A stretch of DNA of 64,000 bases, taken from assembly GCF_032444005.1 (NCBI RefSeq), contig NC_091283.1, positions 313,100,001 through 313,164,000 on the forward strand, read 5' to 3'. The translations under genes were made by a program, and so were the position numbers. Source of the DNA: Ranitomeya imitator (Eukaryota). Positions within the stretch are counted from its first letter, which is position 1; each line of letters starts with the position of its first letter. Under the pieces are notes generated by a model. It searched no databases. It saw only the letters and a program-made list of their open reading frames with translations, and was not told the DNA's origin. Below are positions 35,610 to 46,910 of the stretch, piece after piece.

Positions 35610-37976
35610 TTAATGAATTTAAAACTAGTAAGATGACTGATAATATTATGGGGGTTGACTGAAGTAATAGATGACTTAATTACTTATTTGTTACATGTTT
35701 GTCAATGTATATTGTTTGTACAAACCCTTGTATTTGTCATGGATATCCTTTATTTAAATTGGTTCATAGCCAAAGAGAAAATCCACGTGGTATTTTTTTT
35801 ATGAGCTCATTCTTTCAATTTTGTTTGTACAGTGATTAGTTTTTTAAAAGGTACAATTTTCTCCTTTCAGCCCACCAAATGTTGGATTGGGGGTGGGGGG
35901 GTGTAATTAACCTTTTGTTTGTTTGCAGGAGTGAAAGAAGAGACCTTGGCCATCTAATTAACATGTGTGCACTGTAAATAGTTTTTTGTTTCTGTAGTAC
36001 TGAATCAGAAATCCACCTACTTAAAATTAGAAGTGACTTATTTTTTGAGTTTTTCCCGCTTTTTATTTTTTTGGAGCTCCTCATCATATCGGGCTTTGAA
36101 AAATGTTAAAAAGAAATGATTTTATTGAAATATCAGTCTCTGTTTTTGATTTGCATCTACACTTGACTACAGAATTAGCATGCAATACAAATGTGTGGGC
36201 TACCCAAAGTGTGATTTTCTTTGTTTATATGTAAATGAGAAACTTCCTGCTTACTAAATGAATGCATTGCTGAAGTCAGGGACAGTGTGTGGATATAAAG
36301 TGTTTGTTATTGATGTAAAAATTTGCTAGAACTGGGTTCAAAGCATATTGGTTTGGGTTATGTTTTTCTTGAAAAAATGTGAAAATATTTAATTACTGAT
36401 TTTGATTAGTATTAACATGTATTTTGTCATTTTGATTGACGTGATTATACTAGTAATTATGATCATCATTTTTATGCAAATGTGATTGATATGAATTTTA
36501 TGCATTTGATAACTGATGTTTGATATTCTGGAGGTATGATATATTTCAGTGAATAAGTCCAGACATATACGATTTATATATGGTACACATGTTTTATTTA
36601 GTAGATAGTTATGATCTAGTTTAGTAGATAGTTATGATCTAGATTAGAAATATCTGTTTGCTACCGTAGAAAATTTCAAAGGTCATTTTGGGCATATTAA
36701 ATTGGTCCAAGTAATTTTGTTTTATTCATTTGATGAAGGGGTGAAGAAACAAGCCATCAGGAGCAGAACTTTGAATTTCTAATGGACTGAGTTATCTTGG
36801 ACCAAGTTAATACATCTTGGACTGTTGCTTTGGACTGAGTTTACCTCTGCCTGGATTTTGCAACTTTTTTTTCAAGTTTGACTTTAATTTCACTTTTCCC
36901 ACAGTGTAGGCATATGCTGCAAATGTCCAATTGAGTGATGAGACCGAGCCCAGATGCTGCTAAATCGTCACCAGGGTGAACCTCAAAACCTCCAGCTGAT
37001 GACTAGCGAGAGTAGAACTAACCCTAGAAGCATCTGCCTGAATCTAAATGACATATAAAGTGAGGCCCTGACCAGCTACAGCAATAGAAGATGAAGGGAC
37101 TCTTATGTTCAGCCATGGACACTTGCATCCCCCCACCCATTGCTTTGAAGAAACGAGGAGTTAATATCATAAGGGCAGGGACAAATGACGTTTATGAGTC
37201 AGTTCTTTTGCTAACCAGGGAGAGCAGTGATGTGATCTTGGCAATTAAGATGATGAGAGCATAATAATCACCCTGCTTTCACTGCGCCAGAGACCAATTT
37301 AGATTTATGGTCTAAGAAGATAGGGAGAAAAGAAGATTTTCTGCAAAGACATTTCATATTCCAGTACCTTTTGGTCCATTGTTTTGTTTTTTGATTGATA
37401 TGTCAAATGTTTTTGTACAAAAGTGGTTTACTATTGGTAGCAAACAAATAAATATATAGGGAACAATGTAAAAATGGTTTATGAAAGAATTTGCATAGTT
37501 TATTGGTAGGATAATTAATTAAAGTGATTGAAATCAGGGGTGGAATGTGTAGTATGTTATATTTTTTAAATGATTTTAACCGTTCAAGTAATTAATGCTA
37601 ATTATTGAGATATTGATATGGTTTCAAATATATATAATCCCCACATATGCTCAGAATCCCATCCTCCAGCTGCTGAATTTCTGCCATGTGTCCCACATGA
37701 GGCCTCCTCATCCAGCTGCTATATGCTGGTAAATCAGGTTTCATGGAGGATTGAGGGGATGTACCCTTGCCAGTGGACAATAGACTTGTGACATCATTCC
37801 CCACATGTGGGGCTGGACACACCTTTTTTTACCTGGAGAGATAAAAGAGACAAGACATGTTATTGAGTGTCTCTTGCTTCCTGGACGATCAGAGAGGGAC
37901 TATTACCTTGAGAGTGTAATGTATGAATAAGGCTTTGTATTTATTATAATCAAGCATCTCTTCTCTCTTCATACAG

Positions 37977-38320
37977 GTAAACAGATCATTCATTCTCTGA
38001 GCTGAACTATCCTGCATGTCTATTGCTCCAGTCCCTGACAGCAAGCAGCTTGAATGGTAAACAGATCATTCATTCTCTGAGCTGAACTATCCTGCATGTC
38101 TATTGCTCCAGTCCCTGACAGCAAGCAGCTTGAATGGTATCTGAGTCATTCCATCTTCGGCATTGAATCCTGCATATATCTATATATGTAAACAGATCAT
38201 TCATTCTCTGAGCTGAACTATCCTGCATGTCTATTGCTCCAGTCCCTGACAGCAAGCAGCTTGAATGGTATCTGAGTCATTCCATCTTCGGCATTGAATC
38301 CTGCATATATCTATATATGT
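37977..38320 (+). repeat. Three tandem copies of an 80/131-bp unit
   Basis: GTAAACAGATCATTCATTCTCTGAGCTG... at ~37977, 38057 and 38188. Confidence 0.9.
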
Positions 38321-38599
38321 TAGTCATCCTATTATGCATTTTTTGTGTTTATAGATATTTAATCTGACTTTGCATGTCCTTACTCAGAGAGATCACATAA
38401 CTGTTTCAAAGTGGTCTATGATCCATGTAGACCTGGACATTTGTTTATCTGATCACTACATTTATTGTGTCCTGTTGTCTCAACTGAGTTTGATTGATTG
38501 CTAACGAGCTTTAACACAAAAAAAAAAAAAAAAAAAGGAAGATCTAAGGGCTAGCCTTCTATAAATGTAGACTTAGCTTGGGGAAGCATTCATGCAGGG

Positions 38600-41500
38600 G
38601 TGCATTCGTGCACTTGTATTCGTGTATTTTTATTCAAAGTACTTTTTTTTCTAAGTACTCGGCAGTTATAACATGGCAGTTAGACAGGGCAGGAGACAGG
38701 TAAGACAATCTAAATCTATTCCCTATTCACTTGAAACAACACAAATACTCACCATATTTATTTGCATATTCTATATCCTGGCTGCTGCATTCACTCACAT
38801 TCACCGCCCTTGCATTAACTCTCTACACTCCATCCATATCGGCCCCTCTGTCCTTGCCTCTCCTATGTATAGCACTCATGCTCTGTTCACATTGCTTAGC
38901 AGCGCAGATCCATTCAGTCCCACCATCCAACACAAGAGACGCTCTCACAAATCACTTAACCATCTGCTCACTCTTTCGATCCTCCTCCTCCTAGTTGCTG
39001 GAGACATCTCTCCAAACCCCGGCCCCCCATGTTATAGCCAGTCAAACCTCCCAATTGCTACACCCAGAAACCCCTCTAACCTTATTAATATTCCCTGCAT
39101 GCCTTCTGTCTCTTTGAATTGTGCCCTTTGGAATTCTCGCTCTGTGTGTAATAAACTCTCCTTCATCCATGACTTCTTCCTTTCTAATTCTCTTAATCTC
39201 CTGGCTCTTACTGAAACCTGGATCCAGCAGTCAGACACCACCGCTGCTGCTGCTCTTTCATATGGTGCACTACACTTTTCTCATACCCCAAGATCGGACA
39301 ACAGAGCAGGTGGAGGCGTTGGTCTGCTCCTTTCACCAAAATGTACTTTCCAAGTTATCCCCCAAGTACCCTCACTTGTCTTCCCTTCCTTTGAGGTCCA
39401 TGTGGTCAGACTCTACGTCCCCTTCTCCATGCGAGTGGTGGTGGTGTATCGTCCTCCCGGCCCCTCTCATCAGTTCCTGGATCACTTTGCCACCTGGCTT
39501 CCACACTTTCTTTCCTGTGACACCCCCACCCTTATCATGGGTGATTTCAACATCCCTATTGCCTCTCCCCTCTCCCCATCTGCTTCTCACCTTTTGGCTC
39601 TAACCTCCTCTTTCGGCCTCTCGCAGCATACTAACTCGCCAACACATGAAGATGGAAACTCCCTTGACTTGGTCTTCTCCCGGCTTTGCTCAGTGGATGA
39701 TTTCACAAACTCCCCTCTCCCACTCTCTGACCACCACCTTCTTTCATTCTCTATCAAGAACTGCCATCCCGCTCAGGTCACCCCCACTTTCCACACTTAT
39801 AGAAACATACAGGCCATTAACACCCAGGAACTTATGAAGAACTTGCAGTCCTCATTGGCCCCAATCTCCTCCATCTCATGTCCTGATTCTGCTCTGAAGC
39901 ATTACAATGAAACCCTGCAAAGTGCCCTGGATGAAGCTGCTCCTCCTATACATAAAACAACTCGGCACAGACGGCAACAACCGTGGCACACGCTGCAAAC
40001 ACGTTTCCTGCAGCGGTGCTCCAGGTGCGCAGAACGTCTGTGGAGAAAATCTAATCTACCCGAAGATTTCATCCATTATAAGTTCATGCTAAAGACATAC
40101 AATTCTGCCCTTCACCTCTCCAAACAAACCTACTTCAACACCCTCATCACCTCCCTGTCCAATAACCCTAAACGTCTCTTTGACACGTTCCAGTCCCTAC
40201 TCAACCCAAGAGCGCAGGCCCCAACCACGGATCTCCGTGCTGACGATCTGGCCAATTACTTCAAAGAAAAAATTGACCATATTCGACAGGAAATCATCTC
40301 CCAATCTCTTCATACCATGCACTGTCCTCCCTCCCCCACTGCATCTAGTTCACTCTCTGACTTTGAACCAGTTACAGAAGAAGAAGTAAGCAGGCTCCTT
40401 GCATCTTCTCGCCCGACCACTTGCACCAGTGACCCCATTCCGTCACATTTCCTCCAGTCCCTTTCCCCGGCTGTCACCTCTCACCTAACAAAAATATTCA
40501 ACCTCTCCCTCACTTCCGGTATTTTTCCCTCCTCATTTAAGCATGCCATCATACATCCATTACTTAAAAAACCATCCCTCGACCAAAACTGTGCCGCTAA
40601 TTATAGACCTGTCTCTAATCTTCCCTTCATCTCTAAACTCCTCGAACGCCTGGTCCACTCCCGTCTTACCCGCTATCTCTCAGATAACTCTCTTCTCGAC
40701 CCTCTTCAATCTGGTTTCCGCTCTTTACACTCTACTGAAACTGCCCTCACTAAAGTCTCTAATGACCTACTAACAGCTAAATCTAATGGTCACTACTCCA
40801 TGCTAATTCTCTTGGATCTCTCTGCAGCATTTGATACTGTGGATCATCAGCTCCTCCTCACTATGCTCCGCTCCATCGGCCTCAAGGACACCGTTCTCTC
40901 CTGGTTCTCCTCCTATCTCTCTCACCGATCCTTCACTGTATGTTTCGCTGGTTCCTCCTCCTCTCACCTTCCCCTTACTGTTGGGGTTCCTCAAGGATCA
41001 GTCCTAGGCCCCCTCCTCTTCTCTTTGTATACTGCCCCTATTGGACAAACAATCAGTAGATTTGGCTTCCAGTACCATCTCTATGCTGACGACACCCAAC
41101 TATACACTTCTTCTCCTGATCTCACGCCTGCCTTATTAGAAAACACCAGTGATTGTCTTACCGCTGTCTCTAGCATCATGTCCTCCCTCTATCTGAAACT
41201 AAACCTGTCAAAAACTGAACTCCTCGTGTTTTCTCCCTCTACTAACCTACCTTTGCCTGACATTGCCATCTCCGTTTGCGGTTCCACCATTACTCCAAAG
41301 CAACATGCCCGCTGCCTTGGGGTCATCCTTGATTCTGACCTTTCATTCACCCCCCACATCCGATCACTGGCTCGCTCTCCTTACCTGCATCTCAAAAACA
41401 TTTCTAGAATTCGCCCTTTTCTTACTTTCGACTCTGCAAAAACTATTACTGTTTCACTTATTCATTCTCGTCTGGACTATTGTAACTCTCTACTAATCGG

Positions 41501-42258
41501 CCTCCCTCTTACCAAACTCTCCCCGCTCCAATCTGTCCTGAATGCTGCTGCCAGGATCATATTCCTCACCAACCGTTACACCGATGCCTCTACCTTGTGC
41601 CAGTCATTACACTGGTTACCCATCCACTCAAGAATCCAGTACAAAACTACTACCCTCATCCACAAAGCACTCCATGGCTCAGCACCACCCTACATCTCCT
41701 CTCTGGTCTCAGTCTACCACCCTACCCGTGCCCTCCGCTCCGCTGATGACCTCAGGTTAGCATCCTCAATAATCAGAACCTCCCACTCCCGTCTCCAAGA
41801 CTTTACACGTGCTGCGCCGATTCTTTGGAATGCACTACCTAGGATAATACGATTAATCCCCAATCCCCACAGTTTTAAGCGTGCCCTAAAAACTCATTTG
41901 TTCAGACTGTCCTACCGCCTCAATGCATTAACCTAACGATCCCTGTGTGGCCTATATTAAAAAAAAAAAAAAAATTAATTAACTGGTTCATGCAGCTTTA
42001 CATGAACACCCAAGCCTTACACTATGGCTGGTCCGAATAACTATAGCAATTGTTACCATCCACCTCTCGTGTCTCCCCTTTTCCTCATAGTTTGTAAGCT
42101 TACGAGCAGGGCCCTCACTCCTCTTGGTATCTGTTTTGAACTGTATTTCTGTTATGCTGTAATGTCTATTGTATGTACAAGTCCCCTCTATAATTTGTAA
42201 AGCGCTGCGGAATATGTTGGCGCTATATAAATAAAAATTATTATTATTATTATTATAT
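38600..42258 (+). mobile_element. Apparently full-length L2 LINE
   Basis: ORF above, 3' UTR with stem-loop AGCGC...GCGCT (42201-42224) and (ATT)n tail; 5' boundary approximate. Confidence 0.85.
38673..41936 (+). CDS. Intact L2 LINE ORF (APE endonuclease plus RT), 1087 aa, with N-terminal 2A-like motif
   Basis: LWNSRSV, LTETW, IMGDFN, SDHHL (APE); [26 protein letters not shown] (RT); GDISPNPGP at 39000-39026. Confidence 0.93.
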   Translation: MAVRQGRRQVRQSKSIPYSLETTQILTIFICIFYILAAAFTHIHRPCINSLHSIHIGPSVLASPMYSTHALFTLLSSADPFSPTIQHKRRSHKSLNHLLTLSILLLLVAGDISPNPGPPCYSQSNLPIATPRNPSNLINIPCMPSVSLNCALWNSRSVCNKLSFIHDFFLSNSLNLLALTETWIQQSDTTAAAALSYGALHFSHTPRSDNRAGGGVGLLLSPKCTFQVIPQVPSLVFPSFEVHVVRLYVPFSMRVVVVYRPPGPSHQFLDHFATWLPHFLSCDTPTLIMGDFNIPIASPLSPSASHLLALTSSFGLSQHTNSPTHEDGNSLDLVFSRLCSVDDFTNSPLPLSDHHLLSFSIKNCHPAQVTPTFHTYRNIQAINTQELMKNLQSSLAPISSISCPDSALKHYNETLQSALDEAAPPIHKTTRHRRQQPWHTLQTRFLQRCSRCAERLWRKSNLPEDFIHYKFMLKTYNSALHLSKQTYFNTLITSLSNNPKRLFDTFQSLLNPRAQAPTTDLRADDLANYFKEKIDHIRQEIISQSLHTMHCPPSPTASSSLSDFEPVTEEEVSRLLASSRPTTCTSDPIPSHFLQSLSPAVTSHLTKIFNLSLTSGIFPSSFKHAIIHPLLKKPSLDQNCAANYRPVSNLPFISKLLERLVHSRLTRYLSDNSLLDPLQSGFRSLHSTETALTKVSNDLLTAKSNGHYSMLILLDLSAAFDTVDHQLLLTMLRSIGLKDTVLSWFSSYLSHRSFTVCFAGSSSSHLPLTVGVPQGSVLGPLLFSLYTAPIGQTISRFGFQYHLYADDTQLYTSSPDLTPALLENTSDCLTAVSSIMSSLYLKLNLSKTELLVFSPSTNLPLPDIAISVCGSTITPKQHARCLGVILDSDLSFTPHIRSLARSPYLHLKNISRIRPFLTFDSAKTITVSLIHSRLDYCNSLLIGLPLTKLSPLQSVLNAAARIIFLTNRYTDASTLCQSLHWLPIHSRIQYKTTTLIHKALHGSAPPYISSLVSVYHPTRALRSADDLRLASSIIRTSHSRLQDFTRAAPILWNALPRIIRLIPNPHSFKRALKTHLFRLSYRLNALT

Positions 42259-42360
42259 TTTAATCTTATCATTTATGAAGTAAATTCATTTTTGTTTATT
42301 CAATTTTTGTGTGAGCATTTATTTTATTCATCACAATTCCTTGAACCTTAACAAAACATG

Positions 42361-44990
42361 TACTTCCCCAGAGTTTCCACAGCAGTCCTATGTATTTTCA
42401 CCAGGCATTGGCAGTTGTACTGAGCGTGTTTTCTCGGCCAGAATGTCTCCTGCAATGCGTAGATGACTTATTCCTTCACACAGAAACCATGGAAGAACAC
42501 TTGGTTCTGTTAAGGGAGCTGTTGGAACTCCTAGCCAAATCTGGGCTCAAACTGAGTCCTCACAAAGCAAATTTGGCCAGGGCAGAGGTAATTTTCCTTG
42601 GGGTTCAGTTTCATTTGGAACAAAAGGAATTGTAGTGGCCCGAGTGGAAGTCATGGTTAAGTTACCTCAGCCTGGCTCTCTGCAGGACTTGCAAAAGTTC
42701 TTGGGAGTGGCCAATTTCATGAGGGAGTTTGTAGAGGAGTTTGCTGCCAAAGTGGAAGCCTTTTATGAACTCCTCAGAGGAGAAGAACCCTCACTTAAGG
42801 ACTGGACAAAACCACAGGAAGAGGCCCTTTCAACTCTGAAAAGAGACTTGTCCTCTGCTACTGTACTGGCAACCCCCAACTCAGATGGGGAAATGGCCAT
42901 TTCAGGCGCATGCTGGGACTGAGTCTATTTCAGTTGTCATTCTACAGAGGATAGGACACGATAATAGACCACTGGGATACTTTTCCCGGCTCCTCTCACC
43001 TGTCGAACGAGAGTTCGACGAATGTGCCAAACAACTGGCTGCCATACATTATGCTGTTAAAACCACGGCTTCAGACCCCTGACTTTTCAGACTCTGGAAT
43101 CCCATTTGGTCCTTCTGCTCAGAGATACACTTCCTGGAGTCTTCCAACAGAGATTTGGAAAGTGGATCATGGACCTCAGTGGCCGTAATCTGAAAGTGGA
43201 CCACAAGGCGAAGTATGTTCTGTCCCAGTTGTTGAACATAACAGGGATTTAACATTACTTGAGAATTACCACAGATCGCCAAACACAAATGTTCAGGACT
43301 GACAGCCATCCGGAAGACAGGGTCATCTTTGCTGATGGCTCTCAATTTTGTCTGGATGGCATCTATGTGACAGTGTTTGCTGTGCTGGATGAGACCACAG
43401 GTACACAGAGTCTCGTTAGGTTGCCAGGTCACATGTCAGCACAACGGCTGAACTGGAGGCTGTCAAGGAGGCTCTCCTCCTTCAACTTTCAGGGAATCGA
43501 ACTATATATAGCGATAGTTCATACATAGTTCAATCCCTCACCTTCCACCTGGACACATGGAAGGGACGAGGATTCGTGGACAGCCAGAAAAAAACTCTGG
43601 GCCATGTAACTGTCCTGAAGGAATTGTGGGAATGGGGCATGGCACATCCAGCAGATGCTGCAATTATTAAAGTTCCAGCACACTAGAGAGGAGAGCAGTC
43701 TTTGGACCTTGGGGAATAACAAGGCTGATGAATTGGCTAAATTTGCTGCAGTAAACCAGGTACTGAACAGAATCCTGCATTCCAGATTGCAGTGAGACAG
43801 GACAGACTCAAGCATGGACCTGTGTCATTTGAGGACACACATCACAGATCCAAAGCATCCCTAAACAATAAGTCAGGGGATCCTGTGTTATGATACTGGT
43901 ACTCAACAACTTCCTCTACCAGTAGTCCCTCAGCATCTACAGTCAGAGCTGACAAGACTAAACCATTAATTGTTTGGGCACCTTGGCCGGGAAAAGCTGC
44001 TGTCCCTTCTGAAGGGACAAACTATACTGGTCTGGTATGTCCAAAACGATAGAGGAAGTCACCCAACAATGCCTGGTATGTGCTCAGGTTAACCTAAGGG
44101 TATCGGCTCTGAAGCCAGAGCTGCACCAAGTACTGCCAGCAGAGGGTCCATGGTCCACAATCCAAATTGATTACATTGGACCATTACCAGCAGGAAGTCA
44201 TAACTGCCGTTACGCGCTGGTAGTGGTGGATGTCGTCTCCAAATGGGTAGAAGCCACCCCCACTGTTAATGATTCGGCTACGACCACTGCCCGGGTTCTC
44301 TGGGAACAAGTTCTATCATGATGGGGTATCCCCAGACTGATAGAATCAGAGGGACACATTTCACGGGTAAGGTCATGAAAGCTCATCGTGGACTTCTGGA
44401 CATAAAGCAGAGGTTCCATGTCCCTTACTACCCTCAGTAAGCAGGCATTGTGGAAGAATGAACCGTACCCACAAAACACGGCTTTCTAAAGCACTTTTGG
44501 AGAGGGGTTCCTCATGGGCAACGTCACTTCTGGCAGTGCTAATGGGCATCCGTGCAACAGAGGCAACCAGTACCGGTATTACTCCATTCGAGCTGATGAC
44601 TGGACGTAAAATTCTGTGTCTACCCAACGAGCCCCCAGGGTCTGAGCCCATGAAAAGTGCCATTGCCAGAGACATGTTCCTCCAACTCCTCCAACAGGTT
44701 CAACAGAACCTGAAGGAGTAGCTGCCCTATGTTGCATTACGGTTGCACAAACCGTACCTACAGGGGCAGACACCAATGCCCTCTGTAGGTGAAAATGTAA
44801 TGGTGAAATTTTTTGCCAATCTGGACCATGGGATGCAAACTGGGAAGGACCTTAGCAGGTCCTTGACGTAATGGGTGACACCATGATACGGGTACAGAGG
44901 CCAATGACAGCAAAAAAGAAATCCCATAGATGACAGGAAACCTTTTGGATTCACATCGACCAAGCAAAGGCCACCCGAGCCTCCCCAACT
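42361..44990 (+). pseudogene. pol: Degraded retroviral-type pol (RT C-half, tether, second RNase H, integrase)
   Basis: LPQSFHSSP and QCVDDL (RT); RPLGYFSRLLSPVE (tether); VIFADGS...HMSAQ (RNase H); CLVCAQ, QIDYIGPLP, VVVDVVSKWVEA (IN); many stops and frameshifts. Confidence 0.8.
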
Positions 44991-45061
44991 CAATAATATG
45001 TTTACAAAGAGAGTTGGGTGGGGGGGGGGAGTTGGTAGGTCGAAGGTGGATTCCCAAGTCA

Positions 45062-45307
45062 TCATACAAGAATATTCCTCTTGGTATTGGTCGCGACCTC
45101 AAGCGTCTCTTGTTAGATTTCAGTCAAGAGGATGATATGCTCAGAAATCTTTAAGAGGATCAAGCCACCATACAGCTTGAACATGATAGGAAAAAGATTA
45201 TAGGGATTACCAATGCTTTAGCCAAACACTCAAAAGTTTCCTAGTGGGAGAGTTTATTTGGCTACAGCCCGACAGCCACCTCATTTTTCAACTTTCTTAT
45301 AGATCCA
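45062..45307 (+). pseudogene. env: env C-terminal ectodomain remnant (lokiretrovirus-like), left half
   Basis: IPLGIGRDLKRLLL...IQLEHDRKKI...S*WESLFGYSPTATSFFNFLIDP; continues in frame at 60967. Confidence 0.6.
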
Positions 45308-45432
45308 TAGATGAGAAGAAATAAGGGCACTCACCAATCTTCACAGGATTCGATACTTTATTAACAAGATCTTCACATAAAAATCATGGCCGGAACCTAC
45401 AGCGGTACAGCTTGTGTGAGCAGGGGAGCGTC

Positions 45433-45477
45433 TGGACGACGGCCGTTTCGCGCTGTGCCTGCGCTTCTACGGGTCCA
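45433..45477 (-). ncRNA. Hammerhead-like motif, pLTR copy
   Basis: Same fold with intact ACGGCCGT palindrome. Confidence 0.55.
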
Positions 45478-45668
45478 TCAGCGATCAGGTGAGGCAGCGG
45501 AAATATAGCGCAGACAAAGCTGCACCTCCCCTCTTCAGCTGCCCGCCCCTTCTGCTCATAAAAACAATACATTTAAAAGCACATTTAAAAAAACATAGAT
45601 CAAATGCAAAATACATGAAAGTGCCGAAATCGCAATATATTTGGCTTACAGCGAATGATACAAGGTAA

Positions 45669-46246
45669 CCTCCTCCAATGCTTTCTTTAGCGCTAGACCA
45701 ATTAAAAATGCGACCCGTATCAAAATCAATCTTGTCGCGAACAAATTTGTCGCGTTTCCTCTGTTTCACATTAATCTGTATAGGGGTTAATTTGCTTTCT
45801 AATTTTTTATTTAAGTCAGTCCACTGATTTGTTGATAGTCTAGATTTTAACTCCGTCTGCGTTTTGTTCATCTCACTGTTTAAAGCATCATAATTTTTCA
45901 TGTTATTTTTTAAAACCAAAGCCAACAAATCTTGCGAGCACTTTAGCATAATGCTCTCCCATTCTTTGCGAAAAACTGCATCATCGCTGTGTTGAGAAAT
46001 CTGCTTCCAGACTCTCAGTCCTCGTGGGACTCTTCCATTATCACAATACGATTTTAAGGATTTATTAGTCTAAAATAACTTAATCTCCTTTTCAGCCAAA
46101 TTAGTCATTTTCAGTTCCAGCGCTTTAGTGCTTAATGACTGTATTCCCTCCACTTGCTCACACTCCAAGAAATAGCTGTCCACATCTTCACGGCCTGCTT
46201 GTAATCCCACTAAGGGCAGTGAAGCTGCTGTGTCCATATGCTCCAT
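45669..46246 (-). pseudogene. PLE ORF1, 3'-truncated copy joined directly to pLTR sequence
   Basis: ATG 46246, TAG 46070-46072; junction ...GGAGGAGGT|TACCTTG at ~45668. Confidence 0.75.
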
Positions 46247-46600
46247 TTACTTCACAGATCGTATATGCACAGTCTATAGGTAAATGCCTCAAGCGTGCTC
46301 ACCTCGTGAAAAAAACGTACAAATAAGTCCAAATAAAGAAAAATTACGGGTGGCACAGCTTGTCCACAGCATAGAGTCTCCACCGATATAGACAGCGTGC
46401 TGATCAGACACAAAGAACCACAGCTATCGACCTCCTGACTCGGGTGCTCCTTTTACAAGAAAACCATACAGTCCATAGATGAGAAGAAATAAGGGCACTC
46501 ACCAATCTTCACAGGATTCGATACTTTATTAACAAAATCTTCACATAAAAATCATGGCCGGAACCTACAGCGGTACTTCTTGTGTGAGCAGGGGAGCGTC

Positions 46601-46645
46601 TGGACGACGGCCGTTTCGCGCTGTGCCTGCGCGTCTACGGGTCCA
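46601..46645 (-). ncRNA. Hammerhead-like motif, pLTR copy
   Basis: Same fold; one substitution just before stem II. Confidence 0.5.
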
Positions 46646-46910
46646 TCAGCGATCAGGTGAGGCAGCGGAAATATAGCGCAGACAAAGCTGCACCTCCCCT
46701 CTTCAGCTGCCCGCCCCTCCCGCTCATAAAAACAATACATTTAAAAGCACATTTAAAAAAACATAGATCAAATGCAAAATACATGAAAGCGCCGAAATCG
46801 CAATATATTTGGCTTACAGCGAATGATACAAGGTAACTTTTTTGCTAATTGTTGGGAGCTCTAATGCTGCTGAATATATAGTGAGATCTCATCTGCTGAT
46901 GAAACTTTTA

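Larger units (their letters stand above)
37546..42358 (+). repeat. Putative second LTR, split by the L2 insertion
   Basis: Preceded by purine-rich GAAATCAGGGGTGGAA; starts TGTGTAG; ends ...TCACAATTCCTTGAACCTTAACAAAACA like 31409. Confidence 0.4.

Noticed and set aside
37598-37822. 74-aa minus-strand ORF with a nearby acceptor-like site
   Set aside because: Lies in the LTR-like block; frames from the acceptor hit early stops and no donor was found.
45660-45675. ORF1-to-3'UTR junction as a splicing product
   Set aside because: The GT is retained (GGAGGAGGTTACC); exact splicing would give GGAGGAGTTACC.
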